From: Octopus sinensis
Lineage: Eukaryota
DNA: 64,000 bases
Assembly: GCF_006345805.1 (NCBI RefSeq)
Contig: NC_043008.1
Location: forward strand, 20,584,001 to 20,648,000
Reading direction: 5' to 3'
Numbering within the stretch: the stretch's first letter is position 1; the number at the start of each line of letters is the position of its first letter. Shown here one piece after another: positions 1 to 14,580 of this stretch. Under the pieces are notes generated by a model that searched no databases, had not been told where the DNA came from, and saw only the letters and a list, made by a program, of their open reading frames with translations. A program made the translations under genes and the position numbers.

Positions 1-742
<742 letters not shown>

Positions 743-1456
743 ACGCTCAACTCTTTGCTTCAACTTGGGTAGAAGTGTATTTTTTATCTTTTTTCCTTAG
801 CACTACGTCCATAGTAAAGCTATATTGATTTTTAGAAATTTTATAATCTCGAAACAAGACACGAAATTAACAAAGAAGCAAAGGATCAGAACAAAGAGAA
901 ACTATAGCTTTTTTTTATTTAGTTTTTTTTCTTCTCATTTCTATTTCATTGAAAGTTCAAAAGATGGCTGTTTCGTGTCTGGCCAACATTTCCTAGTATA
1001 ACGCACATCATTAGCTGACACAATTCAATTTTTGGTGAAGGAGGGGAAATGAGGTGAGCAAGACCTTTAAATCCCTCTAAGTAATCTCAGATCAATAATG
1101 GTTCTATTATTCATTGAACAAAGATGATCGGAGATGCCATCGGAAGAAAGATGGACGCTTAATGTATAGCAGTTTGTAATGGGAAAAGGATTGAGGGGGG
1201 GTGACCCGTTACATGCACGTCTCTATGAATAGCATGTACAGCATTGATATTTAGTTTAAAATGACCAATATATATCTGGAATGAAACGTCCCAGGTTTGG
1301 TAGGTTATAAGTTCTAATTTCTGTGTGTGTATGCGTGTGTGTATGTGTGTGTATGTATGTGTGTCTCTAGCGCCATCTTTTGTAGATTATCTATGGACAA
1401 GTTATATACATATATAAAACATATACAGATATTATGTATACGCACACACATCTATA

Positions 1457-1494
<38 letters not shown>

Positions 1495-1672
1495 TGGTTC
1501 TCCACCGGTTAAGACGATGAGGGTTCCAGCTGCTCCGATCAACGGAACAGCCTGCTCGTGTACCCTTAACGTAGTTCTCGGGGGAGATTCAGCGTGACAC
1601 AGAGTGTCACAAAGCTGTCCCTTCGAAATAGAGGTACAACAGATTAAGGAAGAAAGAGTGAGAGAAAGTTAT
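1495..1672 (-). mobile_element. 5'-truncated copy of the modular tRNA-SINE, tail type B
   Basis: Matches 27500-27715 (gagggttccag..ccgatcaacggaacagcctgctcgtg..tacccttaacgtagttctcgggg..aagagtgagagaaagtt) with an internal deletion between two CGTG motifs. Confidence 0.85.
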
Positions 1673-3020
1673 GGTCCAGGGTTAGACACCCTGTAGCATT
1701 CGTTCATTGTATGTAGGTATGCTTCTGAATTATTCTGATCTGCGTTATATAAATGTTAGTATTATAAGCGCATGCTCTGTTATATAACTTGAAGAGAACA
1801 GTTTAGTGGGTATTGTTTTTATATAAACTCTAAATAGCTATGCGCTATTAATTCCCCAATAACAACAAGCTCTAAGCTGATCATATATAATATATTCATT
1901 CCTTTAATGTTACTACCATATTTACTTTCAAGAAGAGACTAATGCATGTTATTTCAAATATCTACCTCAAATGTCAAATTATCAAACAAATCTATGTAAT
2001 GCACTAAAACCTATTATATTATTACATTAATCCATTATGACTGCCGCCTATCCATTTCGAACGACAACGTTCCTGTTAGAGACCTTTGCTTGTAACTAGT
2101 TTGGTAACTTTCTCCTATGGATTTATAACAACAAACTCCTTGTGTTTACTTTTAAATTTTGTGACAAATGAGGGATGTAATTTGGCCAAGAGCATTGTAA
2201 TTTGGTCAAGAGCATTGCTCCGGTCTTATATATTTGTCCAAATTAGATTTTCAATATGGCAGTAAATAACAAGTCTCTGGGTGTAAAGGGCAGTAGCCCT
2301 TTGCTGGTGTCGTTCGAATGGTATGCATAAAATATCCTCTGACTATTTTTAGATCAACGATCATTTGAAAATATTATGCAACGACAAACGGTAAAATAAC
2401 CCATCCAATGATTAGGGCTTCAGTAACCTTCATAATATATCTTACTCCATCTACATAGAAAACAACTGGAAGAGATATCTAGATGACTGTTTCATCCTTT
2501 GGCATAAAAATATAGAAAAACTCATAGAATTCCAGGAAATTTTAAACGGACTGGACGTAAACATCCAATTCACGATGGAATATATCCAGCAACAACTCCC
2601 CTTCCTCGATATCCTCATTAAGAAAGCTAATAATATAATAGAAACAGACATATACTATAAGCCTACAGACTCTCTAAGCAATATCTTCCATTCAATTCAT
2701 TCCACCCCAGACACACCAGGATGAATATCCCTTCAATTTAGCAAAAAGGATATGCACTATAGTCTCTAACGCAAACACCAGAGACACACGACTACAAGAA
2801 CTAAAAGACACCCTTATCACCAGGAACTATCTCCACCTTCACATATTGACAAGTGCATTCAACGTGCCCTTCAACTTAACATCAAGGAACTGAGACATCC
2901 CAATCAAAGAAAAACTTACAACCAAAAGCCTTACTATACATCTCCACACACAACCCTCTCAATAACGAAGCCTTCGGCACCATCCTCCACAACATACCTC
3001 TCCTAAAAAAAGACCACAGA

Positions 3021-3536
3021 ATGAACACAATCCTCCAAACACACACGATCATAAAAAGCAAAAGACAGCCTAGATCCATGAAAAGTCTCCTAACACTAGC
3101 CCGAATTCACTCTTCAACACAGAAGCCGACAGTAAAAAAATGTGGAAGACCCAATTGCGGGATATGCGACTATCTAATTGAGGGATCAGAGTTCTCCTTC
3201 AAACAGGGACAACGGTTTACTGTGAAAAGCAACTTTACATGTGCTTCGGAGAACCTAATATACTCACTAACCTGCTCCGGGTGTCAAGAGCAGTACATAG
3301 GCCAAACAAAATGGTTGCGTAAACGAATGGCCCTGCACAGATCCCAGAATAAAATTCCCCAAAACAGAATAGCTTTTAGCCAACACATAGATACTTGCGC
3401 CAACAAAAACACCAACTTCAGGATTTTCCCCCTCTACCAATTTAGGGACGATACAACCTCGAGACAACGAATAAGTAAAGAAAATCTCTTTATTACAAAA
3501 TACAAGCCACTTCTTAACGGGACGACAAACAATTAA
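3021..3536 (+). pseudogene. GIY-YIG endonuclease domain of the Penelope-like element (open remnant of a disrupted ORF)
   Basis: KCGRPNCGIC Cys motif, FTCASENLIYSLTCSGCQEQYIGQT (IY...YIG with CxxC), R..LH, and the C-terminal E..FI..YKPLLN typical of Penelope endonucleases. Confidence 0.9.
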
Positions 3537-3657
3537 TATACCTCAACTTTAGAATAAAGAAATATATACACACACAAATATTACACTCCATACAATCCAT
3601 TACTAATCAGCCCCATCACAGCTATACTTTCACCCATTCATATTCTCCCTTCTCTGT

Positions 3658-3835
3658 TTTTTTCTTCTTCTTCTTCCTCTCCTTCATCATCATCATTATC
3701 ATCATCATCGTCGTCATCATCATCACCACCATCATCACCATCATCGTCTCCTTCTCCTTCTTCTTCTTCTTCTTCATCATCATCATCATCAACATCGTCA
3801 TCTTCTTCTTCTTCTTCTACTTCTCCACCTTCCAC
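3658..3835. repeat. (TCT)n/(TCA)n trinucleotide array in the Penelope 3' region
   Basis: Direct inspection; explains the poly-D/E ORF 3638-3835. Confidence 0.95.
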
Positions 3836-4162
3836 CCCTTAACCATGTCACTAATGTCTTTCAGTATAACGCCTACGCAAATTCCACAAACAATTCCTGA
3901 ATTGAACTGCGACTGCTGTCAGCCACTGACCATTCAAAATACGACCATCAAGGCATTCCCAGATTTCCCCACCCCTTCTCCACATCAGCCTCCTTATTCT
4001 TCACCTACCCTACCAAGAACTCACAACGACCTCGAACACACAAGTGCAAACAAGGGAGTCAGAGAAAGGCAGAATGCTACTTATATCTGAACACTACTAT
4101 AGAAATATTCTTTTAAAAAAACTTTTCTTATAATTTTTCTAAATTTAATTATTTAATCGTTA

Positions 4163-4200
4163 CAGTTGAAAAGGTCTCAAAATGAGCGAAACCGGTACTG
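4163..4200 (+). ncRNA. Minimal hammerhead ribozyme-like motif with variant core
   Basis: cag-TTGAAAA-ggtctc aaaat gagc-GAAA-ccgg-TA-ctg: stem I cag/ctg, variant CUGANGA box, palindromic stem III. Lies downstream of the Penelope ORF, where such motifs are known to occur. Confidence 0.65.
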
Positions 4201-4249
4201 AAAGATTCACTATAAAATTATCTTAGCATTTTCTATTTTTGACTTGTTT

Positions 4250-4296
<47 letters not shown>

Positions 4297-4299
<3 letters not shown>

Positions 4300-4535
4300 G
4301 GAATTTACAGAAAAACAAGACGCAAAGACATGTATACACAAAAGACAGGTGTATCGGTTTAACGGTCGGGAAGGTGAGAAAGTATTTTACGCTTCGAGCG
4401 TACGCTCTTCATCAGAAAGGAACACGATGAAATAAATAGAGAGAGAATAAAAAAAAAGCTTTAGGAGCAAGCGGTCAATCATCGCGGCCAACAGGACAGA
4501 GGTAGTTAGACAGGAGAGCTAGGAAGATGGGGAGA
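4297..4535 (-). mobile_element. Short non-coding Penelope pLTR/retrozyme-like insert with a minimal hammerhead (4385-4418)
   Basis: Minus strand ttt-CTGATGA-a-gagc gtac gctc-GAAG-cg-TA-aaa (GAAA box mutated); flanked by (TA)n; related to 57140-57350. Confidence 0.7.
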
Positions 4536-4580
4536 TTATATAGTATTGTGATCTATATATATATATAACACACACACACG

Positions 4581-4644
<64 letters not shown>

Positions 4645-4790
4645 AATACATATATGCGTTTACATGTACATTGATAAATACATATATATATATATGTATA
4701 TATATGTATATATGTATGTACATATGTGAGTGTATGCTTATATAAATATATACATACATACGATACGTATATATATATATATGTGTGTGG

Positions 4791-4830
<40 letters not shown>

Positions 4831-6117
4831 AAACCTCTACTTTGAAGATATGGAGAACTGATAAAATAAGTTATTGTATTTTAGCATACATTAAGCGTTA
4901 TAAACCAACAGTTTATAACGCTTAATTCAGAATCAACCGCGTGTTACTCTGTTCAATCGAGACCATCTGCTTTCCCATCAGTATTTTCCTCTTCAGTGTT
5001 CTCTATAATCTGTCAAAACTTTACCAGGTAATTTTGTTTTCCTTCGGGTTGGCCTTCGTTTATTTATTTATTGTGTATCTTTTCTTTCGTTTCAGTCGTT
5101 CTTCTTATCAAATTATCTCATTCTCCTCTGTTTTCTGTTTGGACGTGCTGTCATATTGTTTAGTGGGAGGATTAATTCTGATTTGTGCTTGCCATTGAAT
5201 GAGAAAAAAAGAAAACTACTTCGTGTAGTAATTCAAGTATGAGTATAGAACAACATTTAAAAGGTATCGCATGTTAGTAAGTGTTATATAAAACCTTAGG
5301 AATAAGTGTTCAAGGCAAATAAGATTATTTATAATATCCTTTCGTCTCTTCAACATAATATAATAATTGTTATACAAGAAAACAAAATTCGATATTTCTT
5401 GATGCTTTTTTTTTCATCTTGTGGAGAATTATAGCCTAAGAGAAAAGTATCATATTTTACGAAATGAGACAACTTCGAAATCAAAATAACTTCATGGGAA
5501 TTCAACTGCAGTATATTATACATCAAGTGCTTTCTTTTTTTTTTCTTTCTGAGAAAGCATAACTTATGTGTCAATATCTATTGAAATACCTCTGAAGATA
5601 ACAAATAGATTGTTCTAAGGAATCTGAAACCGCTTAATTTTTATTTACTAATAACCGAAACATTCAAAAGAATAAAGTTCGCTTTTAGCCAATATTCGAC
5701 TTTATATTTAATTTGAATTGATACAAATAAATACCTTTCCACTGACATAGTTTCTCGCAAAACGATAAACAAAATCAGTGATGATTCACAAGATAATATA
5801 ATCTATGACATAATTCTCGTTTAATATATGCGTGAGTACCTGTGTATGTGAGCGCATGTGCGTGTGACAGAAAGCGGAGTTCGTTCTATCTCATGGATAT
5901 CCACAGATTAATATAAAGATTAAAAATCTCATTGGGTGTATTATTTTAATATATAGTAACACCAGTTGTATTAAGACTAAAGGCTAATATATGTGGTTAG
6001 ATTTGGATGAAGCTTTTGATAACTCGATTGCTACTACATTGATTTTCGAGACTGTGGCGACAGATTTAGATAAGAAATGTTTGAATATGTATATACATTA
6101 TATATATATATAATTAT

Positions 6118-6159
<42 letters not shown>

Positions 6160-6171
6160 TATATTTATATA

Positions 6172-6216
<45 letters not shown>

Positions 6217-7082
6217 CATATGTATCTGATGATTATAGTGGATGCAGGTTGGTATTTGGGTTCCTTCAGGGCACGAGAAGGTCCCCTATCAGAGTCTTTT
6301 TGCAGAATAATGTTTGGCTGCGTATATTGCTGTAACTATATCTGAGCTTGTGAAAGTTATATCGGAGATGATATATGTAGGCTTGACTTCATTGCAATAG
6401 TGTGATCACTGAAGATAAGAAAATATTGTTTCTGCATGACCTCTACCATTTCTTTAAGATCGTGGTGGAAAATCCTGTTTGTATCAAAACAAAAGAAATA
6501 GATCCTCTATTTTTTGACAAACGAACCGAGGAAGTTTATGTTGTGCTTCAATTCTTTTTAATAACCTAATCTGCCTCAGCAATTATTTCGCTGTTAATTT
6601 ATGTTTTGGTGTCCTTCAGTACATGATATTTTTTTCAGAACGAGCATTCTTATAACAGTCGATTGTGTTGTGAAAACTGTCGATGCTATTGGTTTCATCG
6701 ATTTAATTTTTTGAAAATTATTTCGATTTTGTTGGCGAGTGGATTTTTTTCTCTCTCAGTAGTCTAATTTTCTTTCTGCTTATGAGATTGGTGGAGCGTG
6801 TTTTGAGAGTGTAAGCGGTGACAATATTTTTGAACCTATGTCAAGTTGCATTACAGTCAGAGGAAGTTTGAGTGAACGACTAGTCGTTAAGCGACAGATC
6901 TTGTTTAATTTCTCACCAGTCGAGTTTATGAAGATTGATGCTGTCAAAAAATATGTGCACTGAGGTGAGAGTGATTGGACCGGCTTTGACATGGTAGAAA
7001 CTAATATTGAAAAATATCATGCCATTTGCAGGAAGAAGAGTTTCGTAAATTTAAATGTTATGGGGGAACTATACATTTATAT

Positions 7083-7125
<43 letters not shown>

Positions 7126-7205
7126 ATAATATAATATGTGAGGGAATATTATTCCAAACTTACAGGGAGAAATTCAATTTAGAAATACTATAATCAAATT
7201 CATAA

Positions 7206-7261
<56 letters not shown>

Positions 7262-7265
<4 letters not shown>

Positions 7266-7585
7266 GTAAATTAGAAAAAGCCACCTTTTATGAATTCAAT
7301 AATGAAAAATTAAATTATACCATTTAGAAAAATTACATAAAATTACATAAAATTATAAGATAAAACATATAACAATGATTAAATATTAACAAATATATGT
7401 GTTTTATTAACAATGTTAACAACATTGAATATTAACAAATATATACTTATTATTTTGCACGTTAATTAATCATTGTTATATGATTTATCTTATATTTAAT
7501 CTTTCTATATGTAATTTTTCTAAATGTTATAACTTTATTTTTCATTATTGAATTGATAAAAGGTGTTTTTTTCTAATTTATATAT
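7262..7585. repeat. Imperfect AT-rich inverted repeat (about 120-bp arms) within (TA)n
   Basis: taaattagaaaaagccacctttttatgaattcaataatgaaaaat... pairs with ...atttttcattattgaattgataaaaggtgttttttctaattta. Confidence 0.8.
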
Positions 7586-7653
7586 ATATATATAGAGAGA
7601 GAGAGAGGGAGATCGAGATAGAGAGAGAGAGAGAGGGAGAGAGAGAGAGAGAG

Positions 7654-7870
7654 AGAAATACAATAAGAGGCTTCCAAATAGGAAAGCGTTGTGCTAGAAA
7701 GAGCAGTAGAAATCTCAAAACCACAAGAAAAAGGATAAATTAGTTGAGATGGTAAACGTTTTTAATTTTCATTCCTTTCGAGAATTTATCCTTTTTCTTG
7801 TGGTGTTGAGATTTCTACTGCTCTTTCTAGCACAACGCTTTCCTATTTGGAAGCCGCTTATTGTATTTCT
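7654..7870. repeat. Near-perfect inverted repeat, 88-bp arms, 41-bp spacer
   Basis: Arms 7654-7741 and 7783-7870 are reverse complements with two mismatches by eye. Confidence 0.95.
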
Positions 7871-8197
7871 ATATGAATAATATATAGTCTAATGACTAAT
7901 TCGCTTTTTGTGCTAGGCCACTGGTAATAATAATTTATTATTGCCCTGTGTATTATATATATATATATATATATATATAAGTATTTCTTTAAGTATTGGA
8001 AATAGTTTTAAAAAAGTTTTTTTAGCTGCTATTTCTAATGAGTTCAGTATGCGGCAAAGTTTAATTTATTTTACTAAGCCCTTTTATATAATGTAATAAT
8101 TTGAATTCGCCTAAATGGTCCCTTTGCATACTGAATACTTGGTGAAATTGATTAATAATTAATTTTACCCTCAATTGTTGAAATATTATATAATATA

Positions 8198-8253
<56 letters not shown>

Positions 8254-8976
8254 GTGTGTGTGTGCGTGTTTTAGAACGATAGCGAATCTATGTTGTGGAA
8301 CAAAAATACTTATAGATCGGTTCAAATATGTTTAGAACTATTTCAGTAGTAAACAGACTTGTACCTTAGCTGCATTCCAAGATCCAAGCCTACGTTAGCA
8401 TTGAATACGAAGTGAGATAAGTCTGAAATGACTATTTTCAGTCATACTTTCCTAATAACGAATACGCAGAAAATATTTACTGTTTGCAATCAACAGCCAG
8501 GCTCATACAAATTATAGTAGGCTGGCATATCCCGAGAGACCACTGCTGGGACGATACCACAAACTAAAAAAGAAAAGCCGTTAGAAAACCGATTATAGCA
8601 GCGACTCCATCTCAGAATATCTGAAGAAATATATAAATATATATATTTCTATGTATGTTGTATGTGTGTATATATAATGTTTGGCTTCACTAATAATATA
8701 TTATAATTAATCATCAAATATTATTTTAAATATAACAGATGCAGCTGAAAATTACTAATATGCAAACACGTCCATAACATTGTAAATGTTAAAATGTAAA
8801 GTAGTAGCTTTATGTACAAGTGATAATTATAACAAACTATTGGTTCCCGAGTGCTAATTATGTTGTACTGATATGAAATAAAAATTAAAAGAAAATATAT
8901 AATTTCCATTTCTTAACCGATAACTTTTTCAAAAATGGTCGAGTAAAAACGCAAAGTATTTTTCATATAAGATCAT

Positions 8977-9039
<63 letters not shown>

Positions 9040-9051
9040 TATATATATATA

Positions 9052-9093
<42 letters not shown>

Positions 9094-9117
9094 TATATAT
9101 ATATAATATTTATATGC

Positions 9118-9152
<35 letters not shown>

Positions 9153-9168
9153 ATATAATATAATATAT

Positions 9169-9473
9169 GTGGAGGCGCAATGACCCAGTGGTTAGGGCAG
9201 CGGACTCGCGGTTGGAGGATCGCGGTTTCGATTCCCAGACCGGGCGTTGTGTGTGTTTATTGAGCGAAAAACACCTAAAATAGCTCCACGAGGCTCCGGC
9301 AGGGGGATCCCTGCTGTACTCTTTCACCACTCTTTCTCCCACTCTTTCTTCTGTTGGCCTGCTCGCTTAGCCAGCGGGGTGGCGTCGTTCGAAGGCTAAA
9401 ACAATGCAAACGCATTGTGACCAGCGATGTGTAGCAACATCTGATGGTCTGGTCGGTCACGTGATCACGTGAT
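9169..9473 (+). mobile_element. Modular tRNA-derived SINE, tail type A
   Basis: Head GGAGGCGCAATGACCCAGTGGTTAGGGCAGCGGACTCGCGG...GGTTTCGATTCCC (A and B boxes), shared body, tail ending GGTCACGTGATCACGTGAT. Confidence 0.9.
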
Positions 9474-9915
9474 GTATATACATATATATAAAGAGAGAGA
9501 GAGGACGAATATATATACATGTATATAATGATTCTGCCATCTCGCCACCTTAATAATAAACCTGTGTACTAAAAGCCTGAAATTTTAGGGGAGTAATTGA
9601 CTGGTACCTAATTTATCGACCTCGAAAATATGAAGGGTAAACACGCACACGCATATACACACACGTCGTTATAAGGATTTAGAAACTTGGAAATATATCT
9701 ATTTGTAGCGGTTGAACTCAAACGGGATAAATCTATAAATGATACCGTGTAAACATTTGTTCAAAAAGAAAAACTTCGATGACAAACCTCAAATGACGCT
9801 CGTAGGGTTCGCATGCACATCGCTTGTAAACATGATAATAACAGAACATCTGTCATCTTAGCTGAAGAAGTGGATACGTGTCTCAACGGTCGTCTTCGAC
9901 TTTTTACATGCAATG

Positions 9916-10312
9916 TTACTCTTTTTTACTCTTTTACTTGTTTCAGTCATTTGACTGTAGCCTTGTTGGAGCACCACCTTTAGTCGAGCTAATCGACCCC
10001 AAGACTTATTCTTTGTAAGCCTAGTACTTATTCTATCGCTCTATTTTGCCGAACCGCTAGGTTACGGGGACGTAAACACACCAGCATCGGTTGTCAAACT
10101 ATGTTGGGGGGACAAACAAAGACACACAAACATATGCTCACACACATGCATATATATATACATATATACGACGGGCTTCTTTCAATTTCCGCCTACCAAA
10201 TCCACTCACAAGGCTTTGGTCGGCTCGAGGTTATAGTAGAAGACACTTGCCCAAGGTGCCACGCAGTGGGACCGAACCCGGAACCATGCGGTTCGTAAGC
10301 AAGCTACGTACC
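9916..10312 (-). mobile_element. CORE-like tRNA-SINE with internal microsatellite
   Basis: Reverse complement of 23266-23660; contains the ccttgggcaagtgtctt CORE-like motif. Confidence 0.88.
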
Positions 10313-11278
10313 GATTTATTTATTTATTTATTTATTTTACAATATTTACGCAGAATTAATTATAGCTTATCTATTTCGAGCTGCTCCATTAAAACCCAAA
10401 GACATATGTGTGTGTTTGTGTGGGTGAGCCATTTTGTTAACGTAGCCATCCCTGAGTCCAGATATATTATTTACTGCAAAGAAACAATTCAAAAATTGAA
10501 ACAATCGTATCTCTTTGATAAGACTCACCTGTCGTGCACAATTCTTTTGCTGGTATTTTGATGTCTCGCAAAATCATTAACGGCCTACAGTGAAGCAGTT
10601 GAATTTCCTCATGTCATTTGTATTAATCTTGAACATAAAACATGTTCATGAAGGTTCAAAGCGAGATAAAATGATGTTGCATTCGGTAAAAACTGAGAAA
10701 GTCTTGTGAAGATTTCAGCCGTAAATAATTATTAATGAAACAGGAGTAAAAAAAATCTCAAAAAAAAATGTTTAATAGTAAAAATGATAGACGCATAAAG
10801 GAATATGGTAGACGCTTAAGAAATATTTGGCGAGATAGGAAATGGAAGAAATTAAGAAAATGAGATTGGAATGAAGAAAACAGGACGAAAAAATAAAAAC
10901 AATGAAACCAAAATCTAATGGGACAATTTTAAATAATTACCAAAAATGTCTTGAGATTTGAAGGGAAACCAATAAAGAAAAAAATTGAATCTGTATCATA
11001 TATGTACGTATGAGTGTTTGAGCGCGTTGGTGTGGGTGAGTGTATTGAAAAAATAATGCATATCACAGTCATTTGATGTTTTTCAATATTCTGATTTATT
11101 TTAGATTGTCTGCTACAAGTTATTTAAGTTGTTTGTCTACTTTTTTTTTATATATATATTTCCTTTGAAATTAACGAAGAATAACCATGCAAATATTTGG
11201 CCTGACTTATTATTATTTAGATTTTATGAGTTGTTGCTTTTAAAACAAAACTCTCTAACTATCTATCTATTTATCTTC

Positions 11279-11323
<45 letters not shown>

Positions 11324-11368
11324 TATATATATATATATATATATACATAAATATATATATATATACAC

Positions 11369-11418
<50 letters not shown>

Positions 11419-11425
11419 CATATAA

Positions 11426-11456
<31 letters not shown>

Positions 11457-12194
11457 ACACATTTACATATACATATACATATACATATAAGTATACCATA
11501 CTATACTTGCATGTGTAAGCACATACTTTTCATGTAGTCATGGTTCCATGTTAAAAATTACTTTTCATGAGCATGCGATTACAGGTTCGATCCCATTTAT
11601 GATACATCGACAAGTACATATACTATAGACAGTGATGCATCTGCAGCTTTTAAGAGATACTGGGTTAAAGCAAGCTATGTAGAAGCACTTCGGAATGGCT
11701 GTGCATGTAATTGAAAGATTATAACTTGTATGAACAGTTTTACATTGTTTTCGTGTTGCTATTACGTAAAATGTAAAACCTTCTGCAGGTCTTATTGTCC
11801 TTTGTTAATTTTACGATTCGTTTATTTGAATTTGATTGTTTATTTGAACTAAATATACATACACACATGCATATATAATACATACATACATTTAAATACA
11901 CATACACACACAAACACACACACTCACACACGCATATATATATATGTATGTGTGTGTGTGTGTGTTTGTGTGTCTGTATTTGTCCCTACCATCACTTAAC
12001 AACCTATGTTGACGCGTTTACGTTTGGCAACAGAAACCGATAGAGTGAGTACTAGGCTTACAAAGAATAAGGGCGGTGTTCTTCGGCTAATGAAGTAGGT
12101 TTTATGGACTAAAAACCCTTTAAGCATGCCTACAATCGAATACTTGAAACAAGTAAAGTAATTTAAGAATCAAAGAATATATATATATATATAT

Positions 12195-12253
<59 letters not shown>

Positions 12254-12254
12254 C

Positions 12255-12299
<45 letters not shown>

Positions 12300-12335
12300 T
12301 ATATAATATATATATATATATATACATATATATAT

Positions 12336-12371
<36 letters not shown>

Positions 12372-12380
12372 TATATATAT

Positions 12381-12472
<92 letters not shown>

Positions 12473-12824
12473 GTGTATGTGTGCCAGTGACGCCTATTGT
12501 GACAGAACAGGCTGTATTTTTGTTTCACCTTGTAAGAGCAGCGTTTTTTTTTGTAGTCATATAAGTTTTACAGGGTATTTGATTCCTAAGATTATCTCCC
12601 CCTCCTCATCCGCTCGTGGCTAATATGGCTTCCATAAAGTAAAACAATTATCTTCTACATTTCAATATATATTTATTTATTCATTCTTGACTATGTTTAT
12701 GCCACTGCTCACACTATATTATTTCTGTAAGCTCAAACATGTGGACGTGTGTGTATATGCGTGTGCGTGTATGTGTTTCTGTGTGATTGGCGTGTATTAC
12801 ATGAATGTGTATTTGTGGCTACTT

Positions 12825-13240
12825 TGCTCTTCTACTCTTTTGTTTCAGTCATTTGACTGTGGCCATGCTGGAGCACCGCCTTTAGTCGAGCAAATCGACC
12901 CCAGGATTTATTCTTTGTAACCCTAGTACTCATTCTATCGGGCCTTTTGCTGAACCACTAAGTTACGGTGACGTAAACACACCAGCATCGTTTGTCAAGC
13001 GATGTTTGGGGGACAAACACATACACACAAACATATGCACACACAGATATATATATATATATATATACACATATATCCGACGTTCTCCTTTCAGTTTCCG
13101 TCTACCAAATCCACTCACAAGTATTTGGTCGGCCCGAGGCGATAGTAGAAGATACTTGCCCAAGGTGCCACGCAGTGAGACTGAACACAGAACCATGTGG
13201 TTGGTAAACAAGCTACTTACCACTTTGCCACTCCTACAGC
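12825..13240 (-). mobile_element. CORE-like tRNA-SINE with internal microsatellite
   Basis: Full-length match to the 23266-23660 family. Confidence 0.88.
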
Positions 13241-13872
13241 TATGTAATTATATATATCTATACGAGTAGTTGCAGTTGATTGGAAGAAAATATGTTTCCT
13301 CATCATGAAGAGAGAAATACATTCTTTAAAGTAATTTTAATTCAATTCACACTTAAGTAGCTTTTAGACTTATACAAACAATAGTTTTATATCAAACGTG
13401 TTTACAGAAGGTTACATATCTACATATCTCAAATGACCTTCCTATTTCCGTGAAATTGGGCAATATATCAATATTTAATTGCAGTCTACGTGGCGATTGC
13501 TTCCAAAAAGACACAGATTGCAAATAAGTAATTGTCGATTTATGAGAACATATATATATTCGATCTTTTGTCTAATGATACTATTAACATAGAACTATTT
13601 ACCATCTTAATGTTGTGACTGGTGACAGAATTTGTACAACGTGCTACTTTTTACTTCAAGTCTATATAAATGTTTACACACCTCATAATGATAGATACAT
13701 TTCTCTACTATGTTGTATGTTTCTGTTCGATGCCCGGATTGTAATAATATTTGTTTAGTGGTGATTATTGTGTGAGTTTGTGACTGTTCATTATGATTGT
13801 ATCTGTCGCTAGAGCTCTCCCCGCCTCTCTGTCTCCCTCTATCTTACACACGCGTCCACGCACACAAGGGTA

Positions 13873-14087
13873 TACGAGGGGTTTGCTGAAAACTTACTGG
13901 CTTCGAATAAAAGAAAATAGTGGAGTATTAGTTAATTATGATTTTATTCAACATATTCCCATTCTCAGATTCCCACACTTATTGCAGCTATCCTTCAGTT
14001 TTTTTAAGAACTCTAAAATAACTCGGAAGGTTGGGCCTCCAAACAGGCATTTCCCGATAACCTTAAAGCCAGGAACCTTTCAGCATT
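13873..14087. mobile_element. Mariner-type non-autonomous element (MITE)
   Basis: Begins TACGAGGGG-TTTGCTGAAAACTTACTGGCTT and ends AAAGCCAGGAACCTTTCAGCA (imperfect TIRs); a TACGAGGG terminus is typical of mariner. Confidence 0.65.
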
Positions 14088-14353
14088 AATTGTGCGCGTA
14101 CACAAACTTACGTGCATTGGTACTGGCAATAAAGAAATGTAGTAAGTTTTCCAGACATTTCTGTCTTCATGCGGTTGGAGACAAAAGACACGTTACTCGG
14201 TTTTCATGGCGTATAATTAATGGACACCACTATCACTCTGATGAACGCGACGTCTGTCCGTTTGAGTGTTACACATTTATAGCTGAGTGGAGTGGAGCAA
14301 TGTGAAATGAAGTGCTTTACTCAAGAACACCACGATAGTGCGGCCATGAATGG

Positions 14354-14580
14354 TAAGGCGGCGAGCTGGCAGAAACGTTAGCACGCCGGGCGAAATGCTT
14401 AGCATTATTTCGTCTGCCGTTACGTTCTGAGTTCAAATTCCGCCGAGGTCGACTTTGCCTTTCATCCCTTCGGGGTCAATTAAATAATTACTAGTTACGC
14501 ACTTATAATCGACTTAATCTGTTTGTCTGTCCTCATTTGTCCCCTCTGAGTTTAGCCCCTTGTGGGTAGTAAAGAAATAG
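14354..14580 (+). mobile_element. tRNA-SINE with Meta/MESC-like central domain, monomer
   Basis: ggcggcgagctggcagaaacgttagcacgccgggcg...gagttcaaattcc (B box)...gtcgactttgcctttcatcccttcggggtc...; several copies in the window. Domain name is from recalled similarity only. Confidence 0.85.

Larger units (their letters stand above)
2443..4250 (+). mobile_element. 5'-truncated Penelope-like retroelement (RT C-terminal part + C-terminal GIY-YIG endonuclease + 3' pseudo-LTR region)
   Basis: From 2467 reads WKRYLDDCFILW...NIQFTME...LPFLDILI...TDIYYKPTDS (Penelope RT YxDD motif and thumb), followed by frameshifts, the GIY-YIG ORF and a hammerhead-like motif at 4163-4200. Confidence 0.92.

Noticed and set aside
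3638-3835. Acidic poly-D/E ORF
   Set aside because: (TCA)n/(TCT)n microsatellite within a retroelement 3' region.
9171-9247. Functional tRNA genes at SINE heads (also 50161-50234)
   Set aside because: A and B boxes are present but acceptor stems do not pair, and each continues into a repeat body.
14234-14268. CTGATGA inside a cactc...gagtg hairpin as a hammerhead
   Set aside because: No GAAA box or cleavage triplet in the required position.
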